A stretch of 64,000 nt of DNA from Pseudomonadota bacterium (GTDB lineage Bacteria > Pseudomonadota > Gammaproteobacteria > Pseudomonadales > Halieaceae). Numbering within the stretch: position 1 is the first letter of the stretch; each line of letters begins with the position of its first letter. The stretch covers positions 35,548 to 99,547 of the forward strand of contig JBCDJG010000008.1 of the NCBI GenBank assembly GCA_038748065.1, given 5' to 3'. Below are positions 37,681 to 47,409 of the stretch, piece after piece. The position numbers were made by a program, and so were the translations under genes. Below the pieces are notes generated by a model. The model made no database searches, was not told where the DNA came from, and saw nothing but the letters and a program-made list of their open reading frames with translations.

Positions 37681-39666
37681 ATGAGCCATCGTCGAACTTT
37701 CATATACCCTCTTGCTTTCATCTTCGCCCTGACGCTTGCCGCCTGCAGCGCTGACTCAGGCCTCGACTACAGTGGGCCAACAGCGGAGTGGGCACACTTT
37801 GGTGGCGACCAGGGCGGGCAGCGCTACTCACCGCTAAATCAGATAAGGGCTGAGAACGTCGGAAAGCTGGAGATCGCCTGGGTATACAACACGGGGGACG
37901 TATCCGCCGGCGCCGAAACACACGGCCCGACAGCCTTTCAGGCAACGCCCCTGGTGGTAGACGACAGCATGTACGTCTGCACCCCTTTCAGTCGGGTCAT
38001 CGCACTGCACCCGGAAACTGGCGAAGAGCAATGGACCTTCGATCCCAAGGCTGACCTGAGCGGCATCTACACCCCCACCTGCCGCGGCGTTGCCTATTGG
38101 CGAGGCTCTGGCGAAGAGCCCTGCAGCCGAAGAATCCTGACTACCACGCTGGACGCGCGGCTGATTGCACTCGACGCCGGCAGCGGCGAAGTCTGCCGCG
38201 GCTTCGGCACGAACGGTGAAGTCAACCTGCTGAACAACCTCGGCGATATCCGCCTAGCAGAGTACTATCCGACCTCTGCTCCTTTAGTCATCAACGATCT
38301 CGTGGTGACAGGCGCTTTCGTGATGGATGGCCAGCGCGTAGATGCACCGCCCGGCGTGGTCCGCGCCTTTGACGTTAGGACGGGGGAACTGCGCTGGGCC
38401 TTTGACCCTGTGCCGCCTGATATGGACCCGGTGACTGCTGAGGAGGCCATTGCCGGCGCTGATTTTACTCGAGCAACACCTAACACCTGGGGCACGATTT
38501 CTGCCGACGCAGAACGCGGCATCGTCTTCCTCCCCACCGGCGGTTCCCAGCCGGATCACTACGGTGGTAGCGAGCGCGGCAATATGGACACACTCGGCAC
38601 CTCCGTGATCGCGCTGGAAGCCCGCAGCGGCGAACGCATCTGGCACTTTCAAACGGTGCACCATGACCTCTGGGACTGGGACGTAGCCGCGCAGCCGGTG
38701 ACTTTTGAGCACAAGGGTGCCACGCCGGGACTGATTGCGGCGACCAAAATGGGCCATATCTTTTTGTTGCACCGGGAAACCGGCCAGCCCTTGTTCCCAG
38801 TGGAAGAGCGTCCGGTACCAGCAACACGGGTTCCCGGCGAGTATTCCGCGGCGACACAACCCTTCCCGACTCTGCCCGCACCACTTCATCCCGCCGCATT
38901 GACTGAAGACGACATCTGGGGCGTCTTTCCCGGGGACCGGGACGCCTGCCTGGAACGCTTCCGGGAGTTTAACTACCAGGGCATCTTTACGCCGCCTCCG
39001 CTCAACGGTACCGCATTACTCTGGCCCGGTATCGGTGGCGGCGTGAACTGGGGCTCAGTCTCGGTCAATCCAGACACTAATATCATGCTGGTTAACTCCA
39101 TGCGTGTGCCCTACACCGTTAAGCTCATCCCTCGAGAGAATGCGGACACCCTCGACGGCAGCGACCTGGTCGGCGCGAATCCGCAGGAGGGCACAGACTA
39201 CGTAGTGATCCGCGGCAGCTTCCTCTCTCCCAACAATACGCCCTGCACGGCTCCGCCCTGGGGCGTGCTCACGGCCATCGACCTCGATAGCGGGGCGACT
39301 CTCTGGGAGCAGCCATTGGGCAACCTGGAGACACTGTCGCCTCTCGGCGTGGGTCGCTTTCTGGATTGGGGCACGCCCAACACCGGCGGCACACTGCAAA
39401 CTGCGAGTGGACTGGTATTCGTTGCCGCTACCCTGGATGGTTATATTCGCGCCTTCGATACCGTGAGTGGCGAGCGGCTCTGGCAGCAAAAGCTGCCCGC
39501 ACCCGCTCAGGCCACGCCGATCACTTATCGCCTGGGCAAAGACAGCAAGCAATACATCGCCATCGCCGCTGGCGGGCATGGCCCCTTGGCCTACGCCGCC
39601 CTGGGCCCTGAGCGGCTTGGCGAACTGCTGGGCGATGCCATTGTCGCTTTCAAGCTGCCGGATTAG
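37681..39666 (+). CDS. PQQ-dependent dehydrogenase (glucose/quinate/shikimate-type beta-propeller), lipoprotein
   Basis: The ATG at 37681 gives MSHRRTFIYPLAFIFALTLAAC (lipobox). Repeated W-containing propeller motifs are present (AWVYNTGD, EQWTFDP, LRWAFDP, RIWHFQT, TLWEQPL, RLWQQKL). Confidence 0.85.
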   Translation: MSHRRTFIYPLAFIFALTLAACSADSGLDYSGPTAEWAHFGGDQGGQRYSPLNQIRAENVGKLEIAWVYNTGDVSAGAETHGPTAFQATPLVVDDSMYVCTPFSRVIALHPETGEEQWTFDPKADLSGIYTPTCRGVAYWRGSGEEPCSRRILTTTLDARLIALDAGSGEVCRGFGTNGEVNLLNNLGDIRLAEYYPTSAPLVINDLVVTGAFVMDGQRVDAPPGVVRAFDVRTGELRWAFDPVPPDMDPVTAEEAIAGADFTRATPNTWGTISADAERGIVFLPTGGSQPDHYGGSERGNMDTLGTSVIALEARSGERIWHFQTVHHDLWDWDVAAQPVTFEHKGATPGLIAATKMGHIFLLHRETGQPLFPVEERPVPATRVPGEYSAATQPFPTLPAPLHPAALTEDDIWGVFPGDRDACLERFREFNYQGIFTPPPLNGTALLWPGIGGGVNWGSVSVNPDTNIMLVNSMRVPYTVKLIPRENADTLDGSDLVGANPQEGTDYVVIRGSFLSPNNTPCTAPPWGVLTAIDLDSGATLWEQPLGNLETLSPLGVGRFLDWGTPNTGGTLQTASGLVFVAATLDGYIRAFDTVSGERLWQQKLPAPAQATPITYRLGKDSKQYIAIAAGGHGPLAYAALGPERLGELLGDAIVAFKLPD

Positions 39667-39678
39667 ACATCGCTACAG

Positions 39679-40734
39679 CTAGAGACCTAAGGCCTCGCGG
39701 TGGGGTAGCAGCATCTTATAATTGTGGGCGATCGCATCAGAGCCCTCACCACCCTGTATCGATGCTGTCTGCAGCTGATTCTTGACCCAGGTGTACTCTG
39801 CCCAGTTGCCACCGCCGGTAACCACGATCTCCATTTCGGCATTTTGCGCGCCCATCGCACTGGCAAGGCCTGAACCAATGGCTGACAGACTGGAAAAGCC
39901 CGCGTCAGGGTTCTCTTCCAGTTCTTTCTGAGCCTCCTCCATACGCTTGGTTAGACGCTCTTGAGCCGCTCGGGTTTTGTCCCTGACCTCTAGCTGGTAT
40001 TTGAGCTGGTCGCGCGTGATACGGCCATCATCGGGAGGCGAGTACGTGGCCGCCGTGGCCTGCTCCATGATCTGCCCCTGGCGCTGCATATAGCCAACCA
40101 CGCCGGACCCTTGCTCACTGAAGGTGCCGCTATCCGGGTTGCCCGCCATGCCATAGGGATCAGGTGACTGCCCCACATTCAACAGGGCGCCTAGACTGGC
40201 ATTGATAATGATCACACCCAGCAGCGATAGAATAAAATGCAGCACGCGCTTGCCGTCCGGCACCGACAGTGCCAGAGGCATAAGCCGATACAAGTAGACC
40301 AGCGACAAAATCCCGCCGGCCAAGGCAAGCAGGGGCCCTATGAAAGGCACAATGAGAGACGCCACACTACCCGCGACCCCGGGAATAGCCGCCAGCGAAA
40401 ACGCTGCAAAGGCATTGCTCGTGTTAGCCGTACCGCCCAGGGCGCCCGCTAATAGCGAGAAAATAAAGGCGCCGATGACTATCCCAAATGCCGCGCTGAC
40501 CAGCGAGAAAATCAAAGTCGAGAAGAAACCACCGCCGAAGGCACCTCCGAAGATGGCGCTAAGAAGCGCAGCCAACACCGCATATACGACGATCAGCGGG
40601 CCGGTTAATAACTTAGCCGTATCCTGCCAGGGTATGCCCTCGGCAAAGTGCTGCTGCCAGGCCTGCACGGGGTCGAGCAGTCCCTGCTTGAACAAACCTA
40701 CGGTGCGTTGTGCGTCCATACTCATCGATACCAT
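39679..40734 (-). CDS. Yip1-like polytopic membrane protein with C-terminal soluble extension
   Basis: 351 aa with Gly/Ala-rich TM helices in the first 200 aa or so, then a charged coiled region. The family call is tentative. Confidence 0.5.
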   Translation of the reverse strand: MVSMSMDAQRTVGLFKQGLLDPVQAWQQHFAEGIPWQDTAKLLTGPLIVVYAVLAALLSAIFGGAFGGGFFSTLIFSLVSAAFGIVIGAFIFSLLAGALGGTANTSNAFAAFSLAAIPGVAGSVASLIVPFIGPLLALAGGILSLVYLYRLMPLALSVPDGKRVLHFILSLLGVIIINASLGALLNVGQSPDPYGMAGNPDSGTFSEQGSGVVGYMQRQGQIMEQATAATYSPPDDGRITRDQLKYQLEVRDKTRAAQERLTKRMEEAQKELEENPDAGFSSLSAIGSGLASAMGAQNAEMEIVVTGGGNWAEYTWVKNQLQTASIQGGEGSDAIAHNYKMLLPHREALGL

Positions 40735-40870
40735 TCCTTGTCTGAATCTTCCGGTCGCTTCTCAGTCTAGCGTGCGTAGCGATATCCGCCATCGTTTCGT
40801 AAGTGGCGGCCTACAAGCGTGCTTGCCTATACTGACAACTACATCAAAAAACGACCTGACGTAGGCATTT

Positions 40871-42064
40871 ATGATGACCGATACCCCACCTTCGCCCCTC
40901 ACTCCCTTTCTGCAGCCAGGCGAAGAACTGTTGTGGACCGGCGAGCCCGACCGTGAAGTGATGCTTAAGACACTCGGCAAGCGCAAGCAAGGGCTCTTTG
41001 TACCCCTTGTCGCCGCAGCCGTTGTTGGCATCTTTGTTTGGGCAAACTGGGAAACGGTTGCAGACCTCGAAATCACCGGTCTTCCCGTATCCGCCGATTC
41101 ATTTCTCCCGCTCGTTGGCGCCGCTGCCTTCATCGGTCTGATTTTTTTCCTGCGGCGCGGTTCAGACCGCGGGCACGTCGAATCTCTGTTTTATGGCATC
41201 ACCGATCAACGCGTGCTGATTGTCCGTAAAGCGGAGCTCTACGAAGCGGTTACGCCTGACAAAATGCAATGGGTGAAGCTGGAAGACAGGCTAGGCGCCA
41301 AGGGTCATCACGACATTATCTGGGACAAACGCCGCATCCCGGGATCACAGGAAAATCCGACACCGCTGCAAATCGAGCAATCAAGGATTGGTTTCAAGGC
41401 GCTCGCGGATGGCCCGGCCGTTATGGCGCAAATCGAGGCGTGGCGGGATAAACACCGCGCCGCTGCCGATCAAGTCGCGCGTGCGGCGCTCGAGGCACTC
41501 GAGTCGGATCCCGGCCACCCTCGCCTTGCGCACCCGCGCCTTTCTTTTTCCCTACCCACGCCGGCTGGCTGGGAGGTCACTGTCAGGATAAAAAAGGTTG
41601 TGTTTGGCAAAACGGGTGTCGATCTGAATGCTGACAAATGGACATCCCCAGAGCGCACCGGGGATTGGAACGTCATCCGGCTGCGCAATGTCGCGGCGAA
41701 TGCCGAGGTGATGTTGGAGGTGGCTGAGAGCAAACCGGTCGCCACCTATGATTCAATGGCAGACCCTAGCGTTCCGGGCTTCATCAAAAAGGTGATGCAG
41801 GTTGTGGATAGCGATAAGCACGTAACCCTCAACGGGCTCGATGGATTTCGCGTGGATGTCGCGCTGAGTGGTGCAGGCCAAACCGAAATGGCGCTTGGCC
41901 AGAGCTCAGACCTGGTAAAAAGCACCATGCGCCAGTACGTGTTCCACGACGGCATGTTCCAGTACTACATGACGGCCACCTGGCCCAGCGATAACGACAC
42001 GCAGGCTGCGACCTGCCAGGCCATCATGGATCGGGTCAGCTGGTGCCCCACCCTGACCGCGTGA
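40871..42064 (+). CDS. Membrane-anchored bacterial PH-domain (YdbS/YdbT-like) protein with unknown C-terminal domain
   Basis: 397 aa. The LQPGEELLWTGEPD start, two TM helices and ITDQRVLIV fit the bPH_2 pattern. The remainder is unrecognised. Confidence 0.5.
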   Translation: MMTDTPPSPLTPFLQPGEELLWTGEPDREVMLKTLGKRKQGLFVPLVAAAVVGIFVWANWETVADLEITGLPVSADSFLPLVGAAAFIGLIFFLRRGSDRGHVESLFYGITDQRVLIVRKAELYEAVTPDKMQWVKLEDRLGAKGHHDIIWDKRRIPGSQENPTPLQIEQSRIGFKALADGPAVMAQIEAWRDKHRAAADQVARAALEALESDPGHPRLAHPRLSFSLPTPAGWEVTVRIKKVVFGKTGVDLNADKWTSPERTGDWNVIRLRNVAANAEVMLEVAESKPVATYDSMADPSVPGFIKKVMQVVDSDKHVTLNGLDGFRVDVALSGAGQTEMALGQSSDLVKSTMRQYVFHDGMFQYYMTATWPSDNDTQAATCQAIMDRVSWCPTLTA

Positions 42065-44445
42065 ACACTCGGCGCCAACCCTATTTACTGCTTTTCGGCC
42101 TGCTCGCAATGTGTGCCACACGGGCTCACGCCGAGCTGGAAGAAGTCATCGTCACAGCACAAAAACGCCAGCAGTCACTCGTTGACGTGCCCGCCTCCAT
42201 TACGGCCTTCAGCGCTCGGGACATTGAGGAGTCGCGCATGCAGCGTTTCAGTGACTATGCGCTGCGCTCTCCCAACGTGAGCTTCAGCAACCCCTCGGGT
42301 GACCGCTCCGACGTGCGTTTCTCCATCCGAGGTATCGGCCCAATCTCACGCGGCGGTGTGGGTAACTCGGTCGGCATCTACCTGGATGAATTCAATATCG
42401 CGCCCAACCTGCTGGCGCGTACCGTAGATACGCAGTTGCAGGAAGCCGAGCGCATCGAAGTCCTGCGCGGGCCCCAGGGCACCTTCTTTGGTCGCAACAC
42501 CGTTGGGGGCGCCGTCTCCATTACCAGCATCAAGCCGGATTTGGAGGCTGTCTCCGGCCACATTCAGGGTGACCTCTCGAGCTGGGATTCACTGGGCGCG
42601 CAGGCGGCGCTGAATCTACCTGTTAGTGAGGACATCGCCATCCGGCTTTTGGGCTACTACGACGAGAGCGACGGCTTCCTTGACCAGGCCGGTTCCCACT
42701 CGGAAGCCAACGCCAGCGAAAATAAAGGCATACGCGCCGCTCTCGCCTGGCAGCTCACGCCGACGTCCCGCCTGGATGTGTCTGTTTCACACTCTATACA
42801 GGAGCAAGAGCTGCCAAGCTTTCTGCCCACAGGCGATAACAGTGAATCCATCGCCCTGCTGGAAACGCTGGTGAGCGCCATTGCCGGCCAGGACCTGAAT
42901 ATCAGTGACATCGCCGGGCTGATCGGGGCAGACGAGCCGACGCCCAGCGGGGTCTATCCCGATAACACGGGTAAGATAAATACAGATATCGGCGCCCCCA
43001 GCGAGAACGAAACCACCATCATCACGGCACGCTGGCTGCACAGCTTCCAACAGGTGGATCTGACGCTCGTAGGTGGTTACATCGACAATCGCTACGACAT
43101 CGATGGCGAAGGTGACTTCTCCAACAATCCCTCATTTACCGTCGATCGCGAGATAGACTTCGACGCCTTCAGCCTGGAGGGCCGCTTGAACGGTGAAGTC
43201 GGCAAGCTAAGCTGGCTGGCGGGCCTTTACTACGGCGAGGACGAGGTCGAACAGCGGCAAAGCACCGATCATCTGACGACCGACCCCTTCGCGACTAACC
43301 CACTGCCCATAGGCATCAGCCCCTTCGACCTGGCCTTCCTCTGCATCGGCGGTGCATCCGGGGTGCCGGGCTGCCCCACCGAGGCCGCTCCCGGGTTCCA
43401 GCCCTACTTCATCGGTATCAACGACAGCTTCGGCCTGTGGGAAAACGTCCGCTTCGGCAGCGAAGTAGAATCGACCGCTCTGTTCTTCGATACCAGCTAT
43501 GCACTGAACGAGCGCTGGGAAATCAGTCTCGGCGGACGCTACACCCATGAAGACGTCAGTGGCTTTCGCATCGAAGGCCCGCTGGCGGACCCTTTCGCAC
43601 CCCGCGTTAGCAACCCGGGCTCCTCAGACAGCTTCAACGACTTCTCCCCGCGCTTCGCCGCCGTCTACCAGCTGACTGAAGAGATCAACCTGTACGGCAC
43701 GGTTGCGCGCGGCTTTCGCTCAGGCGGGCCTAACCCGGTCCCCGACGACCCGGATACGCCCGCCGATGAAGGTAACTTTGATCCGGAAACCATCACCAAT
43801 TACGAACTGGGACTGAAAGGGTCTCTGCTGGGCGGTAAGCTGCGCGGCGGCCTATCGATCTTCTACATGGATTGGCAGGATATTCAGGTGAGAACCCAGG
43901 ACCCGCTGACCCAGCGGCAGTTCATTCAAAACGCCTCCGAAGCCGAGAGTGCCGGAGCCGAGATTGAAGTGGCCTGGCTCGCGACCGAGGCTCTCCGTAT
44001 CAGCATGAGCTACGGCTATCTCAACGCCGAGTTTGGCGACTACGAAGACGCCGTAACCCTCGACGGCGAACGCATCGACGCCACGGGCAACACCCTACCC
44101 AACACGCCCGAGCATACGGCATCCCTGCTGGCGCGCTACCAGTTGCCCAACATCCAATCGGGCTCATCCACGGTCACGTCGCATCTACAAGCGGAGTACA
44201 GCTACATGGACGACCTGCAAACCGACATCGCCAACAACCCCGGTCGCCTGAACGAGGACTATACCCTGTTGAATCTGCGCTTTGGCGCAACGGCCGGTCG
44301 GTATAGCCTGCAGGTATTCGTCGAAAATGCCCTGGGCGAAGACTATCGCTTCGGCACAAACAGCCTCGAAACCTATCTCAGCGGGACGCAGTCCGCTGTC
44401 GGTGAAGGCCGGCGCTATGGCCTACGCCTGCGTGCGAGCTTCTGA
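42061..44445 (+). CDS. TonB-dependent outer membrane receptor
   Basis: Signal peptide, plug (LEEVIVTAQKRQQS) and C-terminal ..GLRLRASF. The GTG at 42061 overlaps the upstream stop (GTGA); an alternative GTG lies at 42043. Confidence 0.9.
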   Translation: MNTRRQPYLLLFGLLAMCATRAHAELEEVIVTAQKRQQSLVDVPASITAFSARDIEESRMQRFSDYALRSPNVSFSNPSGDRSDVRFSIRGIGPISRGGVGNSVGIYLDEFNIAPNLLARTVDTQLQEAERIEVLRGPQGTFFGRNTVGGAVSITSIKPDLEAVSGHIQGDLSSWDSLGAQAALNLPVSEDIAIRLLGYYDESDGFLDQAGSHSEANASENKGIRAALAWQLTPTSRLDVSVSHSIQEQELPSFLPTGDNSESIALLETLVSAIAGQDLNISDIAGLIGADEPTPSGVYPDNTGKINTDIGAPSENETTIITARWLHSFQQVDLTLVGGYIDNRYDIDGEGDFSNNPSFTVDREIDFDAFSLEGRLNGEVGKLSWLAGLYYGEDEVEQRQSTDHLTTDPFATNPLPIGISPFDLAFLCIGGASGVPGCPTEAAPGFQPYFIGINDSFGLWENVRFGSEVESTALFFDTSYALNERWEISLGGRYTHEDVSGFRIEGPLADPFAPRVSNPGSSDSFNDFSPRFAAVYQLTEEINLYGTVARGFRSGGPNPVPDDPDTPADEGNFDPETITNYELGLKGSLLGGKLRGGLSIFYMDWQDIQVRTQDPLTQRQFIQNASEAESAGAEIEVAWLATEALRISMSYGYLNAEFGDYEDAVTLDGERIDATGNTLPNTPEHTASLLARYQLPNIQSGSSTVTSHLQAEYSYMDDLQTDIANNPGRLNEDYTLLNLRFGATAGRYSLQVFVENALGEDYRFGTNSLETYLSGTQSAVGEGRRYGLRLRASF

Positions 44446-45132
44446 GTCGGCCAGCACGAAGCGCTGGTGGTTAAACGCCCAAATCACAATAAAGGCATAG
44501 GCGCTGACGAGGTGCCAGAGCGCATGCAGCGGTATGAAGGGATAGACGATCTTCTCATTGCTCGCCGAGGCCAGCAGCATCCCGAGAAAGAACAGCAAAA
44601 GCGCCAGTAGTAATAAAGGCCTCGCCTTGAGCGGAATGCGGCCCCAGTTGCGCGCGAACAAACCCACGTTCAACCAGGAAAAGGCAATCAGCCAGGTTTC
44701 ACCCGGGTAAAAGCCCCCCCAATCACCCAGCGGTATCGCCAGAAAGCGCGGGGTAGAAGGCAACCTGTCGTAGTAGTGCCAGCCCACCCCTATCAGCATA
44801 AGCACGGTTAACAGCGGCACCGCCCAGCGCCGCGTATCCCGACCATAAAAATCCCCAAGAATCGCAATGCCCATAGCCCAGGTCACCACGATATTGCTGC
44901 CCGTATCGAGGAAGCTCCAGAACCAGCGCTCGCCCCAGACCGGATTGGTTTCGCCAAAGCCGTGCAGGGTTACCGTAAAGATACCCGTTACCAGGATCAT
45001 CCAGTAGGCGAACACCCAGCGCGCAGGCTGCGGGTGCATGAGTTTGGTCAGCAGAAGCGGCAGGATGCCAGAAAATAGGGTCGCAAAGCCTGTGACTGTA
45101 TTCGCAAGGCCATAGTTGGGCAGGTTTTCCAT
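44422..45132 (-). CDS. Alkaline ceramidase-like (PF05875-type) 7-TM hydrolase
   Basis: 236 aa. The motifs NTVTG near the N-terminus, TLHGFGE, FLDTGSN and C-terminal PLHALWHLVSA parallel the Zn-binding His/Asp positions of ACER-type ceramidases, as far as I recall them. Confidence 0.5.
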   Translation of the reverse strand: MENLPNYGLANTVTGFATLFSGILPLLLTKLMHPQPARWVFAYWMILVTGIFTVTLHGFGETNPVWGERWFWSFLDTGSNIVVTWAMGIAILGDFYGRDTRRWAVPLLTVLMLIGVGWHYYDRLPSTPRFLAIPLGDWGGFYPGETWLIAFSWLNVGLFARNWGRIPLKARPLLLLALLLFFLGMLLASASNEKIVYPFIPLHALWHLVSAYAFIVIWAFNHQRFVLADSEARTQA

Positions 45133-45166
45133 AGGTCGCCCATGCTACCAGATCAGGCACAGTCGT

Positions 45167-46189
45167 CTAAGCGACCCCAGAGGCGGATTCAAACCAGCGC
45201 AGATAGGCGGTACGCGTGAGACCCTGTTGATTGTCTACTTCGCCCGCGTCGCTATTCGCTTCAGCGAAGCCTTTACCGAGCACCTGCTTCGGCGCCACCC
45301 CGAATTCAGCGCTGAAACCTCGTGAAAAGGAGCTGGGTTCGTCAAAGCCCCAAACGGCAGCAATTTCTCCGACCCGGGTATTACTGGGGTCGGCACGCCA
45401 AAGATCTGCATAGCAGCGCTCCATGCGCAGCCGAGAGATGTAACGCCGCACACCACCCAAGGGCTGGAAAAGCCGATAAACGGTACTGCGCGACACCTTG
45501 AAATGCCGACACAGTTCCTCCGTATCTACCGGCCCAATCAGCCGCGTGCTGAGATATTGCTGCATTGCGCCCAACGTCGGGCGCTGCTGTGCCTCAGCCC
45601 CGGGGCTCCACAATTTATCAAGGCTGGCGAGCAAGGCCTCACATAAGGTCTGGGCTTCTGCCAGTGTAACTCTGGGCAACTCCTCTTCGATCAGACTCCA
45701 GAGTGCAGCCATCGTTCGACCCACCGGTTCGCTGAGGGGCAGCGAGAGCACCGGGTTTACTCCCGATAGGTAGGCCCCCGCGGACAAATAGTGACGAGGA
45801 ATTACTATCGAACGCAGGGCCATGGCACTGGCTTCTGAATCAAAGGGCTGCGCCCAGTCTCGCAGGTAAAGGTGCCCGGGTACCAATCGCAGGCGCTGGT
45901 GATCCATAACCACCCGCTCTTCACCTTCGAGTTGCTGGTGCAACACCAAGAAGTCGGCGCGCCTCCCACGCAGGTGACGTGCCCCGCGAGTAAACCGCAT
46001 GGGGGAGAATCGGCTTTGATTAAACAACAGTTGATCAACCCGGTAGCCCTGCGAGCGAGCTAGAAGATCGGCCGGCGGCCCTAATGGCGCTACCTGATAG
46101 ATCGCCGCAGTGAGCTGCCGGAGCGCAGCCAGGCGTTCACCCTTCGGTAGCTGCCCGGAATCAAAAACATCGCTGGGGACCTGCTCCAT
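45167..46189 (-). CDS. AraC family transcriptional regulator
   Basis: 340 aa with a C-terminal HTH (ELCRHFKVSRSTVYRLF ... IAAVWGFDEPSSFSRGFSAEFGVAP). Confidence 0.85.
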   Translation of the reverse strand: MEQVPSDVFDSGQLPKGERLAALRQLTAAIYQVAPLGPPADLLARSQGYRVDQLLFNQSRFSPMRFTRGARHLRGRRADFLVLHQQLEGEERVVMDHQRLRLVPGHLYLRDWAQPFDSEASAMALRSIVIPRHYLSAGAYLSGVNPVLSLPLSEPVGRTMAALWSLIEEELPRVTLAEAQTLCEALLASLDKLWSPGAEAQQRPTLGAMQQYLSTRLIGPVDTEELCRHFKVSRSTVYRLFQPLGGVRRYISRLRMERCYADLWRADPSNTRVGEIAAVWGFDEPSSFSRGFSAEFGVAPKQVLGKGFAEANSDAGEVDNQQGLTRTAYLRWFESASGVA

Positions 46190-46215
46190 GGGCGGCTACT
46201 CTCAAGGGACGGCGT

Positions 46216-47409
46216 TTATCTACTCCAGCGGCGTCTGAGCGCGCGCAGACTCAGGCCGCAGAGGCCAGCGCTCAACACTAACATCGTCCACGCTTGGCCT
46301 AAAGGAATAGGTTCAATGCGGGCTTCGCCGGCTGAACCGGGTGGCGGGTCGATGTTGCGCACGAGGACTTCCGACATTTCCACCACGGTATAGACAATAT
46401 CGATGGGACTGCCATCGGCGAGCCTGCCGACAACCGTACCCCCATCCCCGCCCGGGTTAAGGGTATTGGTGAGCCCACTACCAACCACGGTCACAATTGA
46501 GCCCTCATCAAGGGACCACAACGCCCCCGGAGGAAACTCCCCACCGCTCACAGTAAATCCTGGGGCCTCACTGATTCGTAGGGCGACCGCGCCAACAGCC
46601 GGCTGGAAAATCCCACCACTGATCTCACCTTGACTCTCGTCGATGAAGAACAACGGAAAACGGCTAACGCCGCCACTCGCCGGTGACCCACCAATAAACG
46701 TACCGCCAGTGACCTGCACCGGACCATCAATGGCTACGGCTGTAGCACGGGTACCGTCGGCGTTCAGGCCACCACTGAAGGTGCCGCCGCTGATCTGCGT
46801 ACTGACAAGCGGACCACCCGCATCAAGCCCTACGGAACCGTCGGCAATACCACCGATGCCGTTACCGCCGCTAATTGAGCCCATCGTTACCAGGGTATTG
46901 CATCGGTCGGAGACAATGCCTGCACCCGCGCTGAAATCGATTTGCGCATTTCCCCCGACGATCACACCGCCATTGACCTCAAGCGAGCAGGCAGAAGCCA
47001 CGGGCCGTAGCCGAATCCCAACGCCACCAGTACCCAGGACATTGTTATTGTCACCACCTCGCACATTACCGTCGTTAACGATAACCGCAGTATCGACACC
47101 GCCGATACCCGCACCGGCCTCACCACCGCCAACACTATCATCACCGCCACGAATCGTGCCGCCATTGAGCAAAATGACACTATCGCCGCTGACACTCACC
47201 GCGGTGATCGCATTGGCCATGGCGGGGGCTTGCGCGGCACTCCCTGCCTGGAAATCAACCGTGGTGGCATTGGACACCAGCACATCAGCAAGTGGAGTCG
47301 TCACGGTATTGACCGCGCCGTTGTCAAACACCGTTTGCGCCTGTGCATTACTGACCCCAAGCAAACAAAGGGCGACGGCCAGCCTGCAGCAGAAAAAAGT
47401 GCGGTTCAC
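46216..47409 (-). CDS. Secreted glycine-rich beta-helix repeat protein with C-terminal IPLG / hydrophobic helix / Arg-rich sorting-type tag
   Basis: 397 aa with a signal peptide and repeated xxGGxhxGG coils (NGGTIRGGDD, NDGNVRGGDN, VNGGVIVGGN, ISGGTFSGG, VTGGTFIGG, ISGGIFQP, VSGGEFPPG). The tail is PIPLGQAWTMLVLSAGLCGLSLRALRRRWSR. The start overlaps the upstream stop by 4 nt. Confidence 0.7.
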   Translation of the reverse strand: MNRTFFCCRLAVALCLLGVSNAQAQTVFDNGAVNTVTTPLADVLVSNATTVDFQAGSAAQAPAMANAITAVSVSGDSVILLNGGTIRGGDDSVGGGEAGAGIGGVDTAVIVNDGNVRGGDNNNVLGTGGVGIRLRPVASACSLEVNGGVIVGGNAQIDFSAGAGIVSDRCNTLVTMGSISGGNGIGGIADGSVGLDAGGPLVSTQISGGTFSGGLNADGTRATAVAIDGPVQVTGGTFIGGSPASGGVSRFPLFFIDESQGEISGGIFQPAVGAVALRISEAPGFTVSGGEFPPGALWSLDEGSIVTVVGSGLTNTLNPGGDGGTVVGRLADGSPIDIVYTVVEMSEVLVRNIDPPPGSAGEARIEPIPLGQAWTMLVLSAGLCGLSLRALRRRWSR

